DNA from: a virus
Direction: 5' to 3' (one strand)
IMG/VR virus record: IMGVR_UViG_2671181139_000002
Length of the DNA: 38,523 nt
Position 1 is the first letter of the stretch; the number at the start of each line of letters is the position of its first letter. This document shows positions 31,805-38,523 of this stretch, piece by piece. A program made the position numbers and the translations under genes. The notes beneath the pieces were generated by a model that was not told the origin of the DNA, ran no database searches, and saw nothing but the letters and a program-made list of their open reading frames with translations.

Positions 31805-33891
31805 ATGGCAAGACTAAACATAATTAAGAATAATTTTACAAGCCGGAGAACTTAGCCCTTTAATACTTTTACGTACTGAGCTTAATCAATATAGGAATGG
31901 CTGTAAGAGAGTAGAGAACATGCTACCAATCATTGAACGGGGGTATTAAAAAACGTGGTGGTACTTCATTAGTTAAAGCAGTAGCTGGGGCAGTTAGACT
32001 TATTCCTTTTGTGGTGAGCCATAGAGACACATACATTCTTGTATTCAAACCTAACTCTATTGATGTAATTAATAGTGAAGGTGTTAGTGTAACTACTATT
32101 GCAACTACCTATAGTTCTATTCAGATTAAGGAATTAACCTATTGTCAATCTCGTTATAACTTATGGTTGGCTCATGGTGATAAGCCTTTATCATGGTTGA
32201 GATGTTCTGAAGACTTTACGAATTGGGACTTCTCAGCCTTTATTTACTCTATCCCTCCATTAGAAGAAGTAAGTAACTATCCAGTTGTTTTGAATATGTC
32301 AGAGGATGTTAAAGATGTAGGGAAAGTGACCACATTAGAAGTACAAGCCTATGAAACTTACTTAGCAACTAAGCAATACTATGTAGATGATATTGTGAAG
32401 AGTGGTACGAGTTACTATAAGTGTCTTGTTGATCATATTAATCAACCTTTATCAGATCCTACCTATTGGACTTTGATTACAGTTGAAGAAGCGAATGTAT
32501 TTAGTGCTTCATCGGTTGGTAAGTTTGTTTTTGCTAATGGTGGTATTGTTCGTATTGATACCTATCTATCTGCAACAAGGGTAGAAGGTGAAATCATTAA
32601 GAAGCTCACATCAACGATTGAAGTTGTAGCTAGAGCATGGCAAATCAAAGAGAATATATTTACAGCCAGTCTTGGTTATCCTCGTACAGTTTCTTACTAT
32701 CAGCAACGATTAGTTTTAGGTGGTACTAAGAAGTATCCAAACTACATTTGGTTTAGTCGTACAGCAGATTTCACTAATTTCCTTCCAACTACAGAAGACG
32801 GTGATTCATTTACTTTAGCAGCAGCTTCAGACAGCTTAACAAACGTTCTTCATCTTAGTCAGAGCAGGGGAGTGGTTGTTCATACTGGAGGTGCAGAGTT
32901 ATTAATTAAATCTACTGGAGCCTTAACTCCTACATCAGCAGAGATACAAGAACATACTTCTTATGGAACGATTGAAAGTATCAAGCCGGTTAAAGTAGGA
33001 ACAGAGCTAATCTTTATTCAGCGTGGCTCAAGAGTAAGAACATTAGCCTATGATTACTCGGTTGATGGCTTAGTCTCTAATGAGCTTTCAGTTCTTGCTT
33101 CCCATATTATTAAAGATCATGGTGGTCTCAAGGATATGGTTTATGCTCAAGATCCTGATTCGATTATCTGGTTTACATTAGGTGATGGAACATTAGCTAC
33201 CTTAACTCTAAATCGTGAGCAATCAGTAACAGCTTGGGCTAGACATGATGTAGGCGGTGAAGTTATTAGCCTTACAACGCTTCCAAGTACAACAGGTTCA
33301 GACAGAGTTTACTTACTCGTAAATCGTAATGGTTCACTTCAGATTGAAGAGATTAAAGAAGAGCTATTACTTGATACAGCTAAGTTAGTAAACGTCTCAC
33401 ACAGCACTACATGCACTGTCACAGATAGTCTAATTGGGGTACTTGGGGACAAGGTACAGGCTTACTTTAAAGATGGAAATACAGTATTTGAAGTACCTAT
33501 TTTAAGTAGAGCCGGGAACACCTTAATCATTAGCTGTGATCCCTCTATTAATCAAATTTACATTGGTAGAGCGTTCACTTCAGCTATATCTTTATTACCT
33601 ACAGACTTTCAACAAATACCGGGAACAACTTTCCCAAGCTTAATTAAAGTTGATCACATCACTCTTGCTCTAAAAGACTCTATTGCTCCAGTTGTAAACG
33701 GAGATCGAGTAGAAACTAATACTTTTGATATGAATCTTATGCTTCCTCCTCAACTCTATACAGGGATGAAACGTATTGCTATGAATGGTTGGACTAGCTT
33801 TGAAGAGTTTGAAATCACAATAGAACAAGACAGACCACTACCATTACAGATCATTGCTTGTGTACTAGAACAAAGCGTTAACGATAGATAA
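31805..33891 (+). CDS. Tail tubular protein B (T7 gp12-like), 694 aa after recodings at 31844 and 31938
   Basis: MARLNIIKNNFTS-[G]-ELSPLILLRTELNQYRNGCKRVENMLPIIE-[G]-GIKKRGGTSLVKAVAGAVRLIPFVVSHRDTYIL. Joined length is 2087-2=695 codons. Confidence 0.88.
31844..31847 (+). other. Quadruplet recoding site CGGA to Gly (+1)
   Basis: AGC [CGGA] GAA; restores NNFTSGELSPLI. Confidence 0.92.
31938..31941 (+). other. Quadruplet recoding site CGGG to Gly (+1)
   Basis: GAA [CGGG] GGT; restores PIIEGGIKKRGG. Confidence 0.92.
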
Positions 33892-33899
33892 GAATAACT

Positions 33900-34356
33900 A
33901 TGTTTAATATTAGAGTAGCAACAGAAGACGATATACCAACAATAGCAAAATTAGCTTTTGAGTTTTGGCAAGAGTCACCTACATACAGTTTAAGACCTTT
34001 CAATATAGATAGAGTGACTACACACCTTACTAAGCTTATGCATGGTGATGGAGGTTGTCTCTTTGTCTGTACCTTAGATGAGCAGATCATTGGTGGTTTT
34101 GCTGGTGGTATTCAATCTGAATGGCAGTCACGGAACATTGATGGCATTTGATTATTGTATCTTTGTCATTCCTGAATATAGAGGTAGTAGAGCAGCTTAC
34201 TTACTTATTAATACTTTTATAAGATGGGCTAAGAGTATGGGTTGCCTTTATATTCAATGTGGAACAGCTACAGGTATAGAAACAGAGAAGACAATCAATT
34301 TTTATCAGAAGATGGGCTTTCAACATACAGGCTCATTCTTAGAAATGCAGTTATAA
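33900..34356 (+). CDS. GNAT-family acetyltransferase-like protein, recoded at 34131
   Basis: IRVATEDDIPTIAKLAFEFW...GGIQSEWQS-[G]-TLMAFDYCIFVIPEYRGSRAAYLLINTFIRWAKSMGCLYIQCGTATGIETEKTINFYQKMGF. Joined length is 457-1=152 codons. Confidence 0.75.
34131..34134 (+). other. Quadruplet recoding site CGGA to Gly (+1)
   Basis: TCA [CGGA] ACA; restores EWQSGTLMAFDYCIF. Confidence 0.9.
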
Positions 34357-34383
34357 CAATAATAAAAACAAGAGGTAATAATT

Positions 34384-34876
34384 ATGGCAGCAGCTCGGAG
34401 CAGCCGCAGCGGCTTATTGGGTGGCTACTGCAATGACAGTGGCAGCAACAGCATATTCAGCCTATAACAGTCATCAACAAGCAAAAGCTAGTGCAGAACA
34501 AGCTAATGAGAATGCTAAACAAGCAGAGAGTGCTGGAAGGGTAGAAGCTGAACGTGTTAGAGAACTTGGTAGAAAACAAGTATCAGCAGCTAAAGCACAA
34601 ATGGCTAGTAATGGTTTAGACATCAATGCACCTAATACAGTTTCAGATGTAATTCAAAATGACATTATTTCCAATGCTTCAAAAGATGCATCAATGGTGC
34701 AATACAATGCAAATAGTTCAGCAGCACAAAGTAGGGCAGATGCCTCAAACTTCAATAAGCAAGCTAATGCAGAAGCAGTTGGTGGGGTTTTAAATACAGC
34801 ATCAACAGCTTTAAATGGTTATTCTGTAGGTAAGATCAAATCTGAAACACCTAAAGGTCAAGGAGGGTGGGCTTAA
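34384..34876 (+). CDS. Internal virion protein (small, T7 gp14-like position), recoded at codon 5 (34396)
   Basis: MAAA-[G]-AAAAAYWVATAMTVAATAYSAYNSHQQAKASAEQANENAKQAESAG. Joined length is 493-1=164 codons. Confidence 0.65.
34396..34399 (+). other. Quadruplet recoding site CGGA to Gly (+1)
   Basis: GCT [CGGA] GCA; restores MAAAGAAAAAYW. Confidence 0.88.
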
Positions 34877-36895
34877 TGGCTAGAATCCCTTTAGGTAACT
34901 TTGGTAATGTTATGCCACAAGCAGCTCAAGGTAGAGTTATAGATACTGGTAGTCAGCAATTATCAAAAGCTGTATCTAATCTTGGTCAAGCTATTAATAA
35001 TTATGGTGAAGTAAAAAATAAGCTACAAGATCAAGAAGATGAGCACCAATACAATTTAGAAGTCCCTAGATATAAAGCTGAAGCAGAAGAAACATACAAA
35101 GCCATCAATCAAGATGTTGCTACAGGTGTACTTACTCCAGATGAAGGAGAAAGGGTGTGGGGGGAAAAATCAGCTTCAATGATTGAAAGTTATAAGGCTC
35201 GTATTCCTCCCTCCCGTACTAAGCAATTTGAAGAGCTTGGTGCAGCTACATATTATGGCGGTGTACCTAATTTGAGAGATACAGGTTTTAAAGTAGGTGT
35301 ACAGAAACAACAAACTGAAGCAGCTATTAGCGTAGAAGCTACATTGAAAAACCCTAATAGAGAAGAAGGCTATACTGAAGCTTCTCTTATCGTTAATAAC
35401 CCTAAACTTGGTTATTCTGAAGCTCAACGTACTGAAAAGATGTACGAATGGAATAACAAAAGAGACGTTTCAGATGCTAGTGGTGTAATAGATAACGCTG
35501 TTAAAGCTAGTGATACCAACAGTCTTCAATCAATAGCAGACAACATAGATAAAAACTACCCTCATTTAACTGTAGAGCAAAGAGATTCAATTAAAGGGCA
35601 GATTGGTACTCATATAACAAGGATTCAAAAGCGGATTAGCTGAACAACAAGCTAAAGCACTTAAAGAAGCTGAGAATGTAGCTAAAGAGTTTGATAAAGA
35701 TGCTTTACTAGGTTATCCAATATCAACAGATCGAGTTACTTCTACCTTAGCAGCAGTTAAAGGTACACCGTATGAAACTCAAGTGAGACAATCATTAGAA
35801 GCAAATAAAGCAGCTATAGACTTTAGAAAACTTCCACCTTCTCAACAAGAATCACAAATCAACCAGCTAAAGGCTCAATTAAAAAATACTGACTCAGATG
35901 ATCCTTCCTCTCTTAAGGCACGTCTTGATATGTTTCAGACCATTGCTAATGAAGCTAAAGCTTTAGCTACTAGTGATGCAGCATCAGCCTATACACAACG
36001 TACAGGTCAATCTTTATATAGAGTTGAAACAAGTCAGCTAATCAATGGTCAGTTTGATGTGAAGCAAGCTCAATCTTCAGTACAGTCACTTAGAAGACAA
36101 CAAAAAGAACTTGGCTATGGATCTTTAAATCCGTTCACTACTACACAGCAAAAGGAAGTCAGAGAAAAGTTTCATGACTCAGACATTAACACCCAGAAGG
36201 TTATAATTCAGAACTTAGCCAAGATATCAGGTAATGATAATGAAGCACGTAAACAGATGTATGACATGATTTATCAAGGTAGAGCTAATGTTTATTCAGG
36301 GATTAATCAACTCGCTATTAAAGATGTTCACATTCCGGGATCTAATATCAAAGCAGCAGATTTAGCTCTTGAAGGATTACAATTACAGGCTAATGGAGTA
36401 GATAAAACATTTGCTCCTTCTATAGATTCTTTCAAAACTAAGTTAGCTGAAGAAGCTGGTAATGCATTGCAGGTGGGGACTCCTGAGTTTGAAGCCTATG
36501 CTAATTTAATCTATTCAACGTATGTAGCTTATGTGAAGCGTACAGGTGTTCAACTTGATGATAAGGGGAAGCCTAGATTAGATGAACGAGCCTATCAACA
36601 ATCACAGTCTCTTATTACTGGTGGTTACTATAAACAGAAGATTGGCAGTGTTTCTAATACTGTTCCTGTCCCTTATGGTATGGGTCCTACAGAGTTTGGA
36701 GAGAAGGTAGAAGAACAAGTTGTAGGTGGTTATTACCATGATACAGGGGTAAGGATTCCTAGAGGATTTATGAATACTCATGCTCTTAGAAAATTACCGG
36801 GTACTTCAAATCAATATATGTTTATAGGTCCAGATGGCAAGCCGCACATCAATCCAAGAACAAATAAACCATACATAAAAGCAATAACAAAGTAA
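34876..36895 (+). CDS. Internal virion protein (T7 gp15-like position), recoded at 35632
   Basis: ...HITRIQK-[G]-LAEQQAKALKEAENVAKEF... Joins ORFs 34867..35643 and 35783..36895. 2020-1=673 codons. Confidence 0.7.
35632..35635 (+). other. Quadruplet recoding site CGGA to Gly (+1)
   Basis: AAG [CGGA] TTA; restores RIQKGLAEQQAKA. Confidence 0.88.
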
Positions 36896-36904
36896 GGAAA
36901 GCTA

Positions 36905-38523
36905 ATGGGTATTTTAGATGGTCAATTGACAGAACAAGACAATGAATTAAATCAATCGAACGCTACTAAAACTAAGCCATATAAACCTACACTAACAGTA
37001 GATTTAGCATCTAGTCTTGTCTATGGAACTGAGAAGGGCTTAATGAATACTCTTAGTGCTGGTTTACGTCCTTTCGTTGGTGATGAAGCAGCAGATAAGG
37101 GTTTAGCTAACATTGATCGACAGCTTAAACCAGCTAAACAAGGTCAAGCTGGTAAGCTCGTTTCAGGAATAGCTGAGGTTGTAGTTCCAGCAGCAATAAC
37201 AGCGCCTGTTCGGTGGCACAATAGGAGCAGCAGCTTCAGTTGGATTATCTACAAGAGCTTCAGAACATACTAAACTTACTCAAGATTATGGTGTAAGTAG
37301 TGATGATGCTGATCTAGCTTCTAATATCTATGGCGCTTCTAATGCTGTTTTAGCATTTATGCCTATGGCTAATGTATACCGTAATGTCATTAAAGATTAT
37401 GCAGTTACAGTAGTTGGTACTACAGCAGCAGCTCAAGCTTCAGTATATGGTGAAGGTGTTGCTTTAGAAGCAAAAGGATATGATGAGGTTGCAGATCAGT
37501 ACTATGGATTTTCAACCGATCCTACATCTATTGCTACTAACTTAGCTATTGCGTCTATCTTCCATGTTGGCTCTCGATATGCACAGAGTAAATCTAATCC
37601 GGATGTAGATTACTCAACAGTTAAACAAGAACAAGATGCTTTCACTGATACAGTAGATGATGCACAAGCTGAAGCTGATAAAGGAAGTATCTTAACCACA
37701 CCAGAGAGTTTTAGTGATACTGCCCAACATGTAGACAATATTAATAAGGCTGGTAAACAAATTGCTGAAGGGCAGTCTGTGAAGGTTACTCCAACTCAAG
37801 GTACACCAAAGCCTGTACAAACTACTTTAGATGTATTTAAAGGTGTAGGTACAGCTAAGGCTGTCTATGATGCTGCTAAAGCTAATGGCTTCTCTGATAG
37901 TGATGCTCGATATATAGTAGCTTTAGCACACTTTGAATCTATGGGGACATTTAGCCCTACTATTAAAAATAAACATACTTCGGCTACAGGTGTATTTCAG
38001 TTTATTGATGATACTTGGAAGCTTGAAGGTGGAACGACCGCTAACCGATTTAGCCTAAGTAAGCAGATAGAACTCGGTATTAAACACACTAAAAACAACA
38101 TTGCATTTATAGAAGAGAGAACAGGGATAACACTTAAAGGTTCTCAAATCTATTTACCTCACTTATTAGGTCGTGGTGGTGCATTAGAAGTTTTTAAAGC
38201 TCTCAAAGAAAACCCTAATCAATCTGCTAGAGAGGTTATTGCTCGTTTTAGTGATAACCCTGATAAGCTCATGCGTATCAATAACATTAAGCCTAATGCA
38301 ACCATATCAGAAGCTATTAACGGCTTTACCTCAAAGATTGATGATTTAGCTGAAAATAAATATGGAGCTATGAAAGGCTCTACAGATGATTTCACTATTG
38401 CAACTAAAGAAACAACTGTGAATAGTTCTATTGATGCTCCTCAAACTCTTGTAGTACCTAAATCAGATGTATTTACTCTTGAAGATAGAGATAGTGCTGC
38501 TTTAGATACAATGAAGACAGGTA
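36905..38523 (+). CDS. Large internal virion protein N-terminal part (T7 gp16-like position) with lytic-transglycosylase-like region, recoded at 37211; continues to base 746 across the window junction
   Basis: ITAPV-[G]-GTIGAAASVGLSTRASEHTKLTQD..., then open in frame to the window end. VALAHFESMGTFSPTIKNKHTSATGVFQFIDDTWKL resembles a transglycosylase-type domain. With 1..746 the joined length is 2365-1=788 codons. Confidence 0.7.
37211..37214 (+). other. Quadruplet recoding site CGGT to Gly (+1)
   Basis: GTT [CGGT] GGC; restores TAPVGGTIGAAA. Confidence 0.85.

Noticed and set aside
33878-35427. Minus-strand ORFs 33878..34090 and 35176..35427
   Set aside because: Antisense to well-supported recoded virion-region genes.
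1082-37214. Systematic sequencing or basecalling insertion of C before GG (for example at modified bases)
   Set aside because: An artefact should hit GG in all codon phases, intergenic DNA and both strands. All 23 insertions are exactly at zero-frame codon boundaries before glycine codons, avoid GGC, are missing from the plasmid-module genes, and co-occur with a tRNA-Gly carrying the matching UCCG. Raw reads should still be checked.
746-38523. Genome decay (pseudogenes)
   Set aside because: Random decay would give mixed substitutions, deletions and stops. Here only one kind of event is present in otherwise intact essential genes.
1-38523. Stop-codon reassignment as in some recoded phages
   Set aside because: No in-frame stop needs to be read through once the CGGN rule is used. 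TAA and TGA end the recoded genes normally.
1-38523. CRISPR array, retron or defence island
   Set aside because: No regularly spaced repeats, reverse transcriptase or recognised defence operon was seen.

Overview
The window reads as a complete circular, AT-rich podovirus-like phage-plasmid of 38,523 bp. The last base joins to base 1 in frame inside one gene. It has a T7-like virion and lysis module (about 24.2-38.5 kb wrapping round to about 12.6 kb). It also has a plasmid/lysogeny module (about 12.7-24.1 kb) with a ParA ATPase, a small partner gene, a Rha/KilA-C-type antirepressor, an HTH-like regulator, a Walker-A ATPase and a RelE/Phd-type toxin-antitoxin pair. A UmuC-family polymerase lies at the boundary. 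MAIN FINDING: almost every virion, packaging and lysis gene appears broken by a +1 frameshift, and every break is the same event. At 23 sites a zero-frame CGG codon must be read as the quadruplet CGGN (N = A 14, G 7, T 2, C 0), placing one glycine and moving to the +1 frame. Applying this rule turns about 40 ORF fragments into 16 full-length proteins, including TerL with its P-loop, portal, major capsid, tail tubes, both tailspikes, holin and endolysin. I found no zero-frame CGG used as an ordinary arginine codon in those genes. Between the scaffold and capsid genes (29943-30018) lies an unannotated 76-nt tRNA with tRNA-Gly identity elements (G1-C72, C2-G71, G3-C70, U73, C35/C36, encoded CCA). 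Its anticodon arm is expanded by 2 nt (9-nt loop ACUUCCGAC) and carries UCCG, the exact complement of CGGA. I propose natural genome-wide quadruplet decoding (CGGN to Gly) by a phage-encoded expanded-loop tRNA. The lysogeny/plasmid genes do not need it, so it could act as a translational lysis/late-gene gate. All scanning and counting was by hand and needs computational confirmation.
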